A DNA stretch of 64,000 nucleotides, taken from positions 17,433 to 81,432 of IMG/VR virus record IMGVR_UViG_3300005323_000042. One strand, given 5' to 3'. Source of the DNA: a virus (Duplodnaviria > Caudoviricetes). The notes under the pieces were generated by a model that saw only the letters and a program-made list of their open reading frames with translations, had not been told where the DNA came from and did no database searches. Below are positions 29,069 through 39,804 of this stretch, piece by piece. The translations under genes and the position numbers were made by a program. The number at the start of each line of letters is the position of its first letter. The stretch's first letter is position 1.

Positions 29069-30154
29069 TTATATAATCACGTTGATTCTAACTACTTTAG
29101 CGTTTGTAGCTGTGGTAATGCCGGCATAAGTAATATTATCCGGTAAACCAGCAGTTGCAGTTCCCGGAGCTTTATCAAGCGCAGTTAAACTGGTAACATT
29201 TGGTAAATATGTTTTAACATATTCAAGAAAATCTTTAGGGAAGGTAGAGTCGATAAAGAGAACCTTACCTAATACACTGCCCAATGTATTATTTACATAT
29301 GATTCAACTAAATCAATCTTTGCATTGACATTAGTTGCCATAGAGGCTAATAATGTATCAACAGCACCGGAGACCCTGTCAAATTCAGCTTTAAGTTCTG
29401 CATCTGTAGGAGCGCCACCCGTGCCAGCTGCAAAAGCTGATGCGGTAATATTTGCAGGATCGGAAATTGCAGAAATACTCATCGCTGACAACGGACAGAA
29501 GTTACTGTTTTTGTTAAATGTAACAAGTCCGTAAGATGGTGTTCCTTCAAATACAGTCATACCCGGGAGGATAAGACCCGACGTATTTGCAACAACCGGT
29601 AACTCGATGAAATAACGGGTTAATATTGATGCGCCTGTCTGCAGGTTATAGTTAGTGTAGGTATAATCGATTGGATTGCCATCCTGTCCGGCGCCTGAAC
29701 CTTTCCAAACGTCATAAGGAGCAATACCTGTTGGTTTACCAATCGGGTTATTTAAAGTTGAAGCAGCATTGTAACTTGCGAAGAAGGATGCAACTACAGG
29801 TTCATTTACCGTTACTGCATCGCCTGCAAAGTTTTTCTTGCCATCATCAACATCATTTTGTGTATAAACATTGCCGAAGTTTGCTTTGGCTGCAATGAAA
29901 GCGTCTTTATCTGCATATGCATTTGCAATAGCAGTAACAACGTCAATTGCCAAACCGGCAGGAACTAATTTTCCGTTAACATCCTGTGCAACGACTTTAC
30001 CGTAACTGATTACTTTCCAGTCGCCGACTTTATTGTCAAATCGAACGTTTGGAAGATAAGCAGCAGGCACATAGTGTTGTGCGGGACGGATGCCTTCGCT
30101 TCTCTCTATGTTAGGAGTGGTAGAAGCATACATCAAATTTGCTTTTTTAAACAT
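29069..30154 (-). CDS. Capsid decoration / major head-associated protein
   Basis: Lies between the prohead protease and MCP. Has the same strong RBS as MCP and tube. Confidence 0.6.
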   Translation of the reverse strand: MFKKANLMYASTTPNIERSEGIRPAQHYVPAAYLPNVRFDNKVGDWKVISYGKVVAQDVNGKLVPAGLAIDVVTAIANAYADKDAFIAAKANFGNVYTQNDVDDGKKNFAGDAVTVNEPVVASFFASYNAASTLNNPIGKPTGIAPYDVWKGSGAGQDGNPIDYTYTNYNLQTGASILTRYFIELPVVANTSGLILPGMTVFEGTPSYGLVTFNKNSNFCPLSAMSISAISDPANITASAFAAGTGGAPTDAELKAEFDRVSGAVDTLLASMATNVNAKIDLVESYVNNTLGSVLGKVLFIDSTFPKDFLEYVKTYLPNVTSLTALDKAPGTATAGLPDNITYAGITTATNAKVVRINVII

Positions 30155-30175
30155 GTGTGGACTCCTGTGTTTTAG

Positions 30176-32107
30176 TTATTCTGATTTTACTTTTTTCTTA
30201 AGGTCTTGTATTTTGATATTTTGCGTCTTCTTGAAATTTTCAGCAACACGCAAATCTTTGGTTCTTAGTTTGAGATAAGTTTTTTCCGTTTGTTCTTCCA
30301 GCTTTGTAATCTGTTCAGGTGTAACTTCATTGTCTTCTGAATTTACAACGAACTGATTGGTCGTATTTCGTACAACTGCCGGGACAAAGTCTTTATTGAA
30401 TATTGCGGAGAAGTTTTTATATGTAGCCTTAAGTTCTACTAATGATTGACTTTTAAAAGAGTCTCTCATTTTTTCTATATCAACCTTTGGATCTTCCTTA
30501 TCCTGGAAACTCAAAATATTATTGATATAATTTTCTTTTAATTCATCTGTCATCTCGGCAACGAGGTTATTTAATGATGTCTCGTTGTCCTTCCACAGAT
30601 CAAATTCTTTTTTATAGTTGTTTATTCTGCCTTCAAATTCTGTAATCTGATCTTTATTTAATTCTGCAACTATATTGTCTTTAGTATCAGAATTAAGTTC
30701 AAGAATTTTATTAATTATAGGCAGAGCATCGCCGCCTTTTGCATATAATGAAAGAAGCAATTCAAGAATAGCTTTTTCTTTTTCTGCATCCGGTCCTTCC
30801 GGTTGTTTCCAACCTGAAGCGGATATTGAAAATGAGTAATAAACTTCATCTGTATTTTCAGTTACAGATGTATTGGTATTTGTGTTGTCGGTTGAAGTCG
30901 GTGTTCTTTCTGCAATAAAACCAAGTAATTCGGTTTTTTCTTCACAATCTTCAACGGTTTCAATTAGTTGTTTTACGGCAGCAATATATGCATCGTTCGG
31001 TACCGGAAAGTTTCTTCCGCGACCAAGAAACATTTTGTCTTCAAGTTTTTTAATCTCTTCAAAGGCAAGTCTCTGATCTTCAGAAACAGATTCCGTAATC
31101 TTTGCATGCAATTCCTGCGCATCAAGTGCATATAAGTCTTGTAATTTCATGCCTGATATATCTCCATTGTTTTTGTATTCAGTGTCTTGTGAAATAAAAG
31201 TGTCGTTGTTATTGTCGTAGTAGTATAACTGCAGGTCACTTACAGGTGTGTTTTCGGGATTTGTTATAAGAAGAGAATCCTGTGCAACTGCTGCAACAAC
31301 AAGGGATGATCTTTCAAAGGTGGATTTTGCTTTCTGTAAATTATCGGCCAGCGACATATTTACCTGTATTGCAAATTTCTTTATCTCTTCATTTGCAGCG
31401 ATGGAATCTGCCGGTTCATTGACATATGAGTACTCGTCATAGGTCATGTCGCCGAATATCAGAAACATTGGTCCTGAACCGTAACTCTTTCCTTTGATAT
31501 GTTCGCATACGTCACTTTTTACCCAGTCGGTAAAACATTCGGAACATATCAAAGAGTCGGTACCATAACCTATACTTATCGTATGGTATCTGCCGTCGAT
31601 TATTTTTTCAATTGCAGCCGGATCAGTAATATTAGCTACTGTCTGTATATAACCAAGCCCTTCAAATCGCTTGTCATAAAGGAATGGTTTGATTTTTTTG
31701 ATATACTGAAGGGTTTTTTTGTTATGTTCTGATGTATTTATAATCTGATCATATAAAGATTGGGGAATCATAGGGTGGGGAGTTTCGATATAACTTGCGC
31801 GTTTAACTCTTCCTATCGGGTCTTTCTTATCTTCATGATGTATCAGGGCAGGTTTTTCGTAGGGGTTTGTAAAACTGTCTTTGCCGTTCTTAACAAAATA
31901 AGGGGCGTAGTAATGCCAGTGTCCGGTAAGACGAGCGGCATGTGTTACTCTTGCCTTTACCTGCAAACCCTGTATAGTATCTCCGGATACTTCATCTTTC
32001 TGTCTTTCTATACTTGAAAGAATCGTATCAAGAAATTGATTACGTCTGTCTCTTTCAACCTGGTATTGTCTGAGACTGATATAATCAGTAAATAATGGTT
32101 GGCTCAC
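30176..32107 (-). CDS. Prohead protease / scaffold fusion
   Basis: IIDGRYHTISIG...ICSEC...CEH motif and a coiled-coil C-terminus. The likely start is GTG at 32107 after GGAGATCCAC, in frame with the ORF-track start at 32122. Confidence 0.75.
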   Translation of the reverse strand: MSQPLFTDYISLRQYQVERDRRNQFLDTILSSIERQKDEVSGDTIQGLQVKARVTHAARLTGHWHYYAPYFVKNGKDSFTNPYEKPALIHHEDKKDPIGRVKRASYIETPHPMIPQSLYDQIINTSEHNKKTLQYIKKIKPFLYDKRFEGLGYIQTVANITDPAAIEKIIDGRYHTISIGYGTDSLICSECFTDWVKSDVCEHIKGKSYGSGPMFLIFGDMTYDEYSYVNEPADSIAANEEIKKFAIQVNMSLADNLQKAKSTFERSSLVVAAVAQDSLLITNPENTPVSDLQLYYYDNNNDTFISQDTEYKNNGDISGMKLQDLYALDAQELHAKITESVSEDQRLAFEEIKKLEDKMFLGRGRNFPVPNDAYIAAVKQLIETVEDCEEKTELLGFIAERTPTSTDNTNTNTSVTENTDEVYYSFSISASGWKQPEGPDAEKEKAILELLLSLYAKGGDALPIINKILELNSDTKDNIVAELNKDQITEFEGRINNYKKEFDLWKDNETSLNNLVAEMTDELKENYINNILSFQDKEDPKVDIEKMRDSFKSQSLVELKATYKNFSAIFNKDFVPAVVRNTTNQFVVNSEDNEVTPEQITKLEEQTEKTYLKLRTKDLRVAENFKKTQNIKIQDLKKKVKSE

Positions 32108-32130
32108 GGTGTGGATCTCCAAAAAATTAG

Positions 32131-33909
32131 TTAGTCGAGCGATTCAAGCAGTGCTATTGTCTTTTTGACTAAGAGGTCGGTTGCGGATTCTGGCGAAATA
32201 ATCCCTTTGTTAATTCTTGTATAGGCATCATTAACATAGTCGTCAATATGCAGTATAATACGATAGCAATTATCGGGACTGAGATTTGCCAGGTCAAGTG
32301 AAAAAATGTGATTTATTAGTCTTATTTTTGTAGAATCAATGTCATAAATCGTCAGATTGTCCAAAAATAGTCTTAAAGTCCCCTCTTCTGAGGAAATAGA
32401 TGACTTTCTCTTTGTCGGACCAAGCGACTTACCATGTTGATTGGTCGGTTGCTGTCTGTTCTTGGCTATGTTCTTTGCCTTACTTGAAGAAGAAGATGTA
32501 GAACTGGTTGTTTTTGGTTTTGAGGCATTGATTTCTTTTGCGGATTCAGTTTCAAAACGAATCTTTTCCTTTTCGTACTTATGCAGATATAACTTCTCAC
32601 GCTCTTCGTCATCATCGATGACCGGTTGGCGGTTTCTATGACGCATTTCATCTTCAGTTAAACTGTTCATTGAATACATAAGAGCGTTGTGATTCTCGGT
32701 CTTCATCATTGACTCAAGATCAATTTCGTTAAAGTCTATCATTACAATATTTTGATCATCAAGACATGTGATATTATATCTTTCAAGAAGAAGTTCGTTC
32801 AGGATTTCGAAATTAAACTGGTATTCAAATTCCTGCTGATAATCTTTCACATCATCAATAAGAATGCGTGATGCATTATCCGCTGTACTACGGTTCATAC
32901 CATCACCTTCGCCCATATCAAGCGAAGAAACACCGGCTGACGTATAAGCTCTGCGTTTGAAGTGATCGAGATATTTTTCAACAGGAAGTATTTTATCAAA
33001 ACCAAGAGTATCAAATTTCAATCTGTGGCTCACAACAATACCACCTGACACAGGCATCTCATTGATCTTTGACGTCCATAGATCAACTTCATTTGTATTG
33101 TCCTGATAGATTTCGGTAGGAAAATCGTCTGTGCCGATTGTAAGTATGAAAAGAGGGAAGAGATATTGTTCTATAAGAAGTTCGACGTTTTCTTCTATGC
33201 GCCTTAAAGCACGGATGTCATCGATAGCTGGCTGAAGTCCGGGAGCGGCAAAGATAAATCCTGCACGTTTGTTAAATACAAAATGAACAACATCATCTGC
33301 TACATATTCCTTTGACCTACCGTCTGGCATTTCCTGCATATACCAGGTAGGGTTCCCGTATTTATCTGTCTTGACAAGCATTGTCTCCGGAGCAACTCTG
33401 AAGTAAGCACATACCGGCTGAAGATCTTTCTCGCCATTATAGGTTCTAACTCTTCTCGTTTTGCCACCGGAATTCTTCTTGTCACGCAGTTTTATCCAGA
33501 ACGCATTATGATACCTTACCAAATCACCAAGTGTATCTTTGACAAGCAGTCTGAATGGATAATTCTGTGCAATTTCAATCTGTTTAAGTCGCTGACTTAC
33601 ATATGCAACAGTTGCATTATTTTTGCCAATCAATTCCCAGCCCTGTTTTACACTTAAGGCTCTTTTCTTTTTAATAGCCTGCCGTATAATACCGTCTGCA
33701 TCCTCAGCTGTACTGATTTCATAGAGATTGTATTCCGGAATCTGATATTCTTCTTCGGTAAAGTTATACTTGCGGAAGTTGAATACATTCTTACGTTTTA
33801 CCGGCAGTGTTTTCAATGGAACACTTATCGGTTTGCCTGAACCTGCCACACCTGGCAGTTCAAGCACATTTAAATCATTTAGATTAATAAAATCTGATTG
33901 AATATTCAT
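32131..33909 (-). CDS. Portal protein
   Basis: 592 aa with VAPETM, DDVVHF and IDDIRALRRIEENVE motifs. Lies upstream of the protease. Confidence 0.85.
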   Translation of the reverse strand: MNIQSDFINLNDLNVLELPGVAGSGKPISVPLKTLPVKRKNVFNFRKYNFTEEEYQIPEYNLYEISTAEDADGIIRQAIKKKRALSVKQGWELIGKNNATVAYVSQRLKQIEIAQNYPFRLLVKDTLGDLVRYHNAFWIKLRDKKNSGGKTRRVRTYNGEKDLQPVCAYFRVAPETMLVKTDKYGNPTWYMQEMPDGRSKEYVADDVVHFVFNKRAGFIFAAPGLQPAIDDIRALRRIEENVELLIEQYLFPLFILTIGTDDFPTEIYQDNTNEVDLWTSKINEMPVSGGIVVSHRLKFDTLGFDKILPVEKYLDHFKRRAYTSAGVSSLDMGEGDGMNRSTADNASRILIDDVKDYQQEFEYQFNFEILNELLLERYNITCLDDQNIVMIDFNEIDLESMMKTENHNALMYSMNSLTEDEMRHRNRQPVIDDDEEREKLYLHKYEKEKIRFETESAKEINASKPKTTSSTSSSSSKAKNIAKNRQQPTNQHGKSLGPTKRKSSISSEEGTLRLFLDNLTIYDIDSTKIRLINHIFSLDLANLSPDNCYRIILHIDDYVNDAYTRINKGIISPESATDLLVKKTIALLESLD

Positions 33910-33926
33910 TTTAGGGCTCGTGTATT

Positions 33927-35867
33927 TTATCGGCTGGTTATCTTGTTAATCCAAGCTTCAACTTGTTCCTGAGAGTATTCTTCAAGGCCATATGCATTTA
34001 TGCATGACTTGAAATCGAGAAATAGTTTTGGATGTTTTGTAATTTGTGATGTAGAATTTGTAACTGATACCCGTTTTGCAAGAATACTTTTTGCTTTATT
34101 TATTTTTGTAATTGTTTTTTTATAGGTGTCGATCTTTTTCTGATCAAGTTGATAAATATTCGCACCCTGTTCAAGTGATATTTTATAATCAACATCGTCT
34201 TTGATGTCTTGTAGAACAGAATTATCAAGGATATTAACAGAGTCATCATCAAAGAAATCGTCAGGGATTGAAACGTCAACTATTACGGCTACATTAACAG
34301 ACTTAACTAAATTTCCAGGCACCGTGTTTGTTACAACCGCAGTCTGGGCAGACTTTGTATCTGCTTCTTCGTCGTTATAAAGAGAATCAAGTTCATCCTG
34401 AAGGACATCGTTTAAGTCATCTATATACGTAAGCCATGGTTTTGTGGAATATGCTGCTGCGCATATTGCAGTCTTAACTTTTGAAAAATATTCACTTAGT
34501 TTTGCGCGCGATTTGATAGATCCAATATTTTTCCCGGCCTCATACATTTCATATATCAAACTGGCCCAGTTGCCAAGTTGTTCGAGTTCCACAAGCATGC
34601 TTATCATTTCGCCTTCGCTTGTTACGGAAAGTTGAGTGGCCTTTTCTATCTCAGATGTTATTCCACCAACATATGATTTTATACTTCTTGAACCGGTGCG
34701 CATGATATTAACAAACTCTGTTTGCAGATTCTGTATGTTGTTTGCTGTTTTCGATATAGTAAGGTCAACCGTATCTGCACTGACGTTTACCTTTATAAGT
34801 TGTGCTTCAAGTGCATCTGCAATACAATCTATTGCAGAGAATACAGTGCCTACAAGATTTGTAATAATCGACAACAACGCATCAAGTGCGCCTGTTATAA
34901 AAATATTAAGACTTCCTGCTGGCAATGATAATTGATATGCATATTGAATAAAAAGTTTTCTTGATTTCTCCTGCATAAAGTTCAGCATGCTCAAGATACC
35001 AGCTAAATCAGGCAGACATACAAAATTCATCAACCCTTCTATTATCGAACATACATTTGACATCAGATGCAGTCCTGCCAGATGGGTCTTCAGATCAATA
35101 AGCGTTGACAGCGAAGCAAGCAGGCTGCCATAGTAATGATTAACAAAATCCTTGAACGGCTGTATTTTTTTAAACCTTTCAATTGAATAAAGAATGCGCG
35201 CATCACACGGGATACAATCTTCATACAGTTTTTTAAGTTTATTCTTAAACTCGTCGTCGTCAGACTGGATTGTATTACTTAAGTTTTGTATCGCGTCGTA
35301 ATTAGAATTAAGTTGCGCTATATGATCGACTATTATATCGGTAACAAAAAAATCTTCTGCTCCCTTATCGATAAGAAATTTTCTGTACCTGTCTTTTATT
35401 ATTGCTGTAGAATGCAATACAGGATTACTGGGTACACTGGTATCTTTCAGTGATGAATCCAGTTTATCCTGGAGAACTGCATTCGACACCTCTGCGGCGG
35501 CGATAGACTTCTCAAGTTTTAAGAGATCTGTATATTGACCATATGTAAATTCAGTCAACTGTGCACCATACAAAGATTGTACAGCATTTATCAGCACAGA
35601 GTCATCAATACTGATTGGCATATTAAGATCAAGCATAGCCGAACGCGCTGTCAATACATTGAGTATCTTGATATAATCTTTGACAAGACTCTGAGTAGCG
35701 GATGAAAACGTATCAAGTTCAGTTATAAAATTATTATATTGTTCTTCCGGAGAGTCATTACTGTTTGTAATTTCATTTATATAAGTCGCCGCTTCAACGG
35801 TCGGCTCGTCACGCCGAATGACAGGTTGCTTAAATAATTTATTTGAATCTTCTTTTGATATGCTCAT
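33927..35867 (-). CDS. Hypothetical virion protein (646 aa)
   Basis: Long intact ORF between the terminase and portal genes. Confidence 0.65.
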   Translation of the reverse strand: MSISKEDSNKLFKQPVIRRDEPTVEAATYINEITNSNDSPEEQYNNFITELDTFSSATQSLVKDYIKILNVLTARSAMLDLNMPISIDDSVLINAVQSLYGAQLTEFTYGQYTDLLKLEKSIAAAEVSNAVLQDKLDSSLKDTSVPSNPVLHSTAIIKDRYRKFLIDKGAEDFFVTDIIVDHIAQLNSNYDAIQNLSNTIQSDDDEFKNKLKKLYEDCIPCDARILYSIERFKKIQPFKDFVNHYYGSLLASLSTLIDLKTHLAGLHLMSNVCSIIEGLMNFVCLPDLAGILSMLNFMQEKSRKLFIQYAYQLSLPAGSLNIFITGALDALLSIITNLVGTVFSAIDCIADALEAQLIKVNVSADTVDLTISKTANNIQNLQTEFVNIMRTGSRSIKSYVGGITSEIEKATQLSVTSEGEMISMLVELEQLGNWASLIYEMYEAGKNIGSIKSRAKLSEYFSKVKTAICAAAYSTKPWLTYIDDLNDVLQDELDSLYNDEEADTKSAQTAVVTNTVPGNLVKSVNVAVIVDVSIPDDFFDDDSVNILDNSVLQDIKDDVDYKISLEQGANIYQLDQKKIDTYKKTITKINKAKSILAKRVSVTNSTSQITKHPKLFLDFKSCINAYGLEEYSQEQVEAWINKITSR

Positions 35868-36472
35868 TAGGAGTTCCCGTTATTGACATATTCATTATCA
35901 CCTGTATCAACTGTAGATTCATCAACATCAAATGGTCTGTATTTGGATGCATTGCTGAACTCTTCGGAAACACTTAAAACGGGGGAGAATTCTTTAGCGG
36001 TTTTTCTAGGATTCCTGTGTTTCATTGATTTAGTATAGTTGCTGGTTTCGGCGACATAATCCTGTTCACCGGTGTTGTGTGCTTTAGGTTGTGTTGAGAA
36101 TGTATCTGCGGATTCTATAGTTGTAGATGCTATAGTTGAGTCTGTACCACCTTTGTGTGTATTAGGAAGAACCTGTACGGTATGTGAATGCGATTTTAAG
36201 GCACTGTCTATACTTTCAATACTTTTATTTGTCTTTTCAAACTCTTTCTTTATTTCATCCTTTATATCTTTAGCCCACAACTCAAGATCGTCTTTATGAA
36301 CGTATTCGCTTGCGATAAAAGGGTAGAGGAGTATATATAGCTGTATTAACTGATCCTTGGTTACTTCTACAGGCGACAAGTTGAATGTCTGAAGCTTTTT
36401 AATATCACCGGCAAGCCTTACTGCCCAACTGCCAATTGTGGTAATGTCATCATTTAATTTCTGTTCAGCCAT
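35867..36472 (-). CDS. Hypothetical protein (201 aa)
   Basis: TAATG coupling to both neighbours. Confidence 0.65.
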   Translation of the reverse strand: MAEQKLNDDITTIGSWAVRLAGDIKKLQTFNLSPVEVTKDQLIQLYILLYPFIASEYVHKDDLELWAKDIKDEIKKEFEKTNKSIESIDSALKSHSHTVQVLPNTHKGGTDSTIASTTIESADTFSTQPKAHNTGEQDYVAETSNYTKSMKHRNPRKTAKEFSPVLSVSEEFSNASKYRPFDVDESTVDTGDNEYVNNGNS

Positions 36473-37437
36473 TAGAATTTATTCCATGTGTTGACGTGTT
36501 CGCTGTAGGTTAAAGGAGTGGTAAATAAGGCAAGTGTATGAAGATTCCCCTTGAAGTCGCTTCCGCCAATTACAATATTGCCATCTATTGACAGGTCTAC
36601 TGCTTCTTCGGGAACATCAACCAATGCCGCGACATTGCCATTGACAGATATGATTATATCGTCTGTTGATGTAAGTGAGACCCCGAATGTGTAAACTTCA
36701 TTATAATCTTCAGCAGAAACGTCAGCCTTAACGGTACTTGCGCCAAGTCTCACAAACGGTTCACGTGCCGCAGTTAAACCAAATGCAAAGCCACTCGTGC
36801 TGCATATTACCTGTTCTGTGTCAACTTCATCAACCAGGACTTTAACGAATAATGTCATAGCTGACAGACCGCCATTTAGTGGAAACGTTACCAAATCGGA
36901 CGAATCCTTGAAAGAGACGATACCGCAACCAAACATCATCTGGGTATCAGATAATGTTCCTGATGTAGATGAAATATCTGTATAAGAACTTGTTGTTGTC
37001 AAAGAACCTTTTGTTTCTGTAAATTCAAATAATGCTTCAAGATCTGAAGTTGTAAAATGGGCACTGGTATATGTGACATCAAGAGCAAAGTTAGTATAAT
37101 CGATTATTACATCTCCTGTCTGTTCGACTATAATGTGCAGATAGACCGATTCATTTGGTAAAATCGTTTTTAATGCATTATTTGTTGTATAACTGTGAAC
37201 AACACCGGCAACTGTACTGGTTGGTAAAAGCACAGAATCTGATGTGGCGGACCTTACATATGCGGGAGTTCCGGTCGAAGTAATTATAACATTATTAAGA
37301 ATCATCTTTGATTCATTCTTTATTGCGATAACAGTATGTCCGTATCTCTGTTTATCAAGAATTACCGGAATACTCTCTGTCTTTATGGGCAGGAAACAAT
37401 TGTTGTTTATATCAAAGACGTATAATTTTAATTCCAT
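36472..37437 (-). CDS. Virion protein with a C-terminal LamG/ConA-like domain
   Basis: MTLFVKV...QVICS...FGVSL...ISVNG...IVIGG..FKGNL..LALF pattern. Confidence 0.55.
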   Translation of the reverse strand: MELKLYVFDINNNCFLPIKTESIPVILDKQRYGHTVIAIKNESKMILNNVIITSTGTPAYVRSATSDSVLLPTSTVAGVVHSYTTNNALKTILPNESVYLHIIVEQTGDVIIDYTNFALDVTYTSAHFTTSDLEALFEFTETKGSLTTTSSYTDISSTSGTLSDTQMMFGCGIVSFKDSSDLVTFPLNGGLSAMTLFVKVLVDEVDTEQVICSTSGFAFGLTAAREPFVRLGASTVKADVSAEDYNEVYTFGVSLTSTDDIIISVNGNVAALVDVPEEAVDLSIDGNIVIGGSDFKGNLHTLALFTTPLTYSEHVNTWNKF

Positions 37438-37445
37438 ATGAATAA

Positions 37446-39422
37446 TTAGATTTGTTTTCTGAAATTTGTATTATTAAGGGGTTTTCTCCGGATGATCCTT
37501 ATAGGAACGCTTTGTCTACGCTGTACAGTCCCGTTTTCAGGATTTGGTTTTAAAGACGATGTGGCATGTGAATTTAACCATATCTCACGTTCGCGTTCCT
37601 TGTCTCTCTGGAGTGCCTGGTCTTGCGGAGACAATTTTGGTTTGTTTGTTTTGCCTGCGATATGACCGAACTCTTTATTCTCAATAAACCGTATAGCATC
37701 TTGTATATGCGGCTTGCCAAGTGATGAATATTCCATATGGAAGCCGAACAAAGCCAGGATAAGCGCATCAAGACGGTGATCTCCCAGTTTGGGATCTCCG
37801 ACATACACAGGAAGCCCTTTGGGTGTTACATGATCTATTGCATAACCATGTAACTGTTTAATTAGTATTTCATCTTCATCACTGATTTCAATAAGACCGT
37901 TTTCAAACACACGGACCGCATTGTTAACCATATAAGGTTTACCAGGTTTCTTAACTACCTGCTTTGTCCATGGATCTCTTATCTCTACCATAGACGAGAA
38001 GTTAATTGCCTTTGCTTTCAATAGCATTTTATCTACTGAGTTAGGTTGTGCTTTTAACCCCATCTCATGAATATTTTCAATCTGACCGGCGCCATGTCCA
38101 TAATCGACATATATAAATGAGCATCTCCATTTTCTATTGAGTTCGCGTATTTTACGTACGGCCATTGTCTGTGTCCAGCCTTCAACTGATATTGACGCCT
38201 GGTCAACAATGCGGTATTTTTGTCTTGTAGTATCAAAACCCAGAACATATATCTGGGTGCCGTTCTGTGTGTCATTCCAGTCAACACCAACACCATACAC
38301 CCAGCCGGCAGCAACCTGTTGTGTTATGTAGGCATATTCTTCAATTGCCAGTTCAACAAACTGAGACTGAAATACTCCTTCGCCATCGGCAGAGAAGTCG
38401 GCAAGAACTTCATGCCTGTAACCGGCGTCTGTAAGCTGACTGCGGAAAGTCTGTTCCATTTCATAAGACCAATTCGGATGGAACCTGTCGGTAGGGAAGT
38501 AGAAACTAACAAAGTCAGGATCAAAACAACGGTCATAGAAATAGTCCTTCATACCTTTAGGTGTTGATGATACCACAAGTTCTACATTATTGTTTTCTGC
38601 AAGCAGGGCAATTACACTATCGATATCATATGAGTCGAGATATGAAGCTTCATCAAGAATAAGAATGTCAGCAGGCTGACCGCGTATAGCATCGGAACCG
38701 GAAACAAAACCCTTGATTGTAACGCCATTGGTAAGCTCAAGCATATCGTGCGGACTTTTACGCGTAGGTATTTTATTACCGACAACCATTTCCATCAGTT
38801 TTGGATTGCCATCAATAAGCAGTTCAACCATTTTAAATATTAAATCTATTTGCGATTGATTAGGTGTGAACAGTACAATATTAAATGCCGGTGATGTTGT
38901 GCTATACCAGGTGAATGCCCGATGAATAATCCTAACTGCCATCGATAATGTTTTTCCGATACGACGACCAGCACGAAATGCTATTCTTTTTGAACGGCAG
39001 CGTATCATCTGCGCCTGGTACGGAATTCCTTTTCTGGATGTCCTGCCCTTCCATCCGCCATGTCGTTGTAGAAGATTCTTTTCTGCCCATAAGACCGGAT
39101 CATATATTGACAAAACTTCATCAAGCTGATTATCGTTAAATCTGGTTTTTATCTGTTCGGGCAGAAGTTTTTCATAATACTCCTTACGCGGGTCGACAAG
39201 GAAAGCAGGATCATGCTGCATTGCCTGATAGACCCATTTTTTCTTATTTACTTTAGCCTCGGAAATCTGCTGATCGAATGTAGCCTTCAGAAATTCAGGG
39301 TCGGCATCGACAGACTGGTATTCCTCGATCTTTGCCTCGAGTTGTTCCTCGTCTTTATAGATCTCATAAAAATGACTATATGGATCAACTATAAATTTAT
39401 TTGGCTTTTTTGTTTTTGACAT
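37446..39422 (-). CDS. terL: Terminase large subunit
   Basis: Walker A GRRIGKT, Walker B ILILDEA, coupling motif SSTP, nuclease GVDWN and DHRLDALILA. Confidence 0.92.
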   Translation of the reverse strand: MSKTKKPNKFIVDPYSHFYEIYKDEEQLEAKIEEYQSVDADPEFLKATFDQQISEAKVNKKKWVYQAMQHDPAFLVDPRKEYYEKLLPEQIKTRFNDNQLDEVLSIYDPVLWAEKNLLQRHGGWKGRTSRKGIPYQAQMIRCRSKRIAFRAGRRIGKTLSMAVRIIHRAFTWYSTTSPAFNIVLFTPNQSQIDLIFKMVELLIDGNPKLMEMVVGNKIPTRKSPHDMLELTNGVTIKGFVSGSDAIRGQPADILILDEASYLDSYDIDSVIALLAENNNVELVVSSTPKGMKDYFYDRCFDPDFVSFYFPTDRFHPNWSYEMEQTFRSQLTDAGYRHEVLADFSADGEGVFQSQFVELAIEEYAYITQQVAAGWVYGVGVDWNDTQNGTQIYVLGFDTTRQKYRIVDQASISVEGWTQTMAVRKIRELNRKWRCSFIYVDYGHGAGQIENIHEMGLKAQPNSVDKMLLKAKAINFSSMVEIRDPWTKQVVKKPGKPYMVNNAVRVFENGLIEISDEDEILIKQLHGYAIDHVTPKGLPVYVGDPKLGDHRLDALILALFGFHMEYSSLGKPHIQDAIRFIENKEFGHIAGKTNKPKLSPQDQALQRDKEREREIWLNSHATSSLKPNPENGTVQRRQSVPIRIIRRKPLNNTNFRKQI

Positions 39423-39804
39423 TCGTTCTTTTAATCTTCTTTATAAGTGCGTTCGGTATCTTCAACCATTTGTCTTGTCTCTTAAATTGAATTACAATTT
39501 CCGGCTGACATTGTGTGAGATATGAGAAGAATTGATATATGAATTCAACCTGCAACGTTTTCTTTACGATGCCTATAAACAGGTTTATAAACAGTCCTTC
39601 ATAGCCTGTTATTATCTGATGACATACTTCACATAGTGTTATTCCATTGGTAAGTTCATATACAAGTTTCGGAAAGTCGACTTTGCGTTTTATATGATGG
39701 GCATTTATGGTTCCACGGCAATCACAGAGCTGACATTGAAATTTATCTCGTCTGAAAATCTTGTCGCGCCACCTGATATATGCTTTTGAATTATACTTAA
39801 ACAT
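39397..39804 (-). CDS. HNH endonuclease adjacent to the terminase
   Basis: WR..IF.RD.FQCQLC...NAHHIK...NGITLC..CH. The likely start is ATG 39804, overlapping the PhoH stop. Confidence 0.85.
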   Translation of the reverse strand: MFKYNSKAYIRWRDKIFRRDKFQCQLCDCRGTINAHHIKRKVDFPKLVYELTNGITLCEVCHQIITGYEGLFINLFIGIVKKTLQVEFIYQFFSYLTQCQPEIVIQFKRQDKWLKIPNALIKKIKRTNVKNKKAK

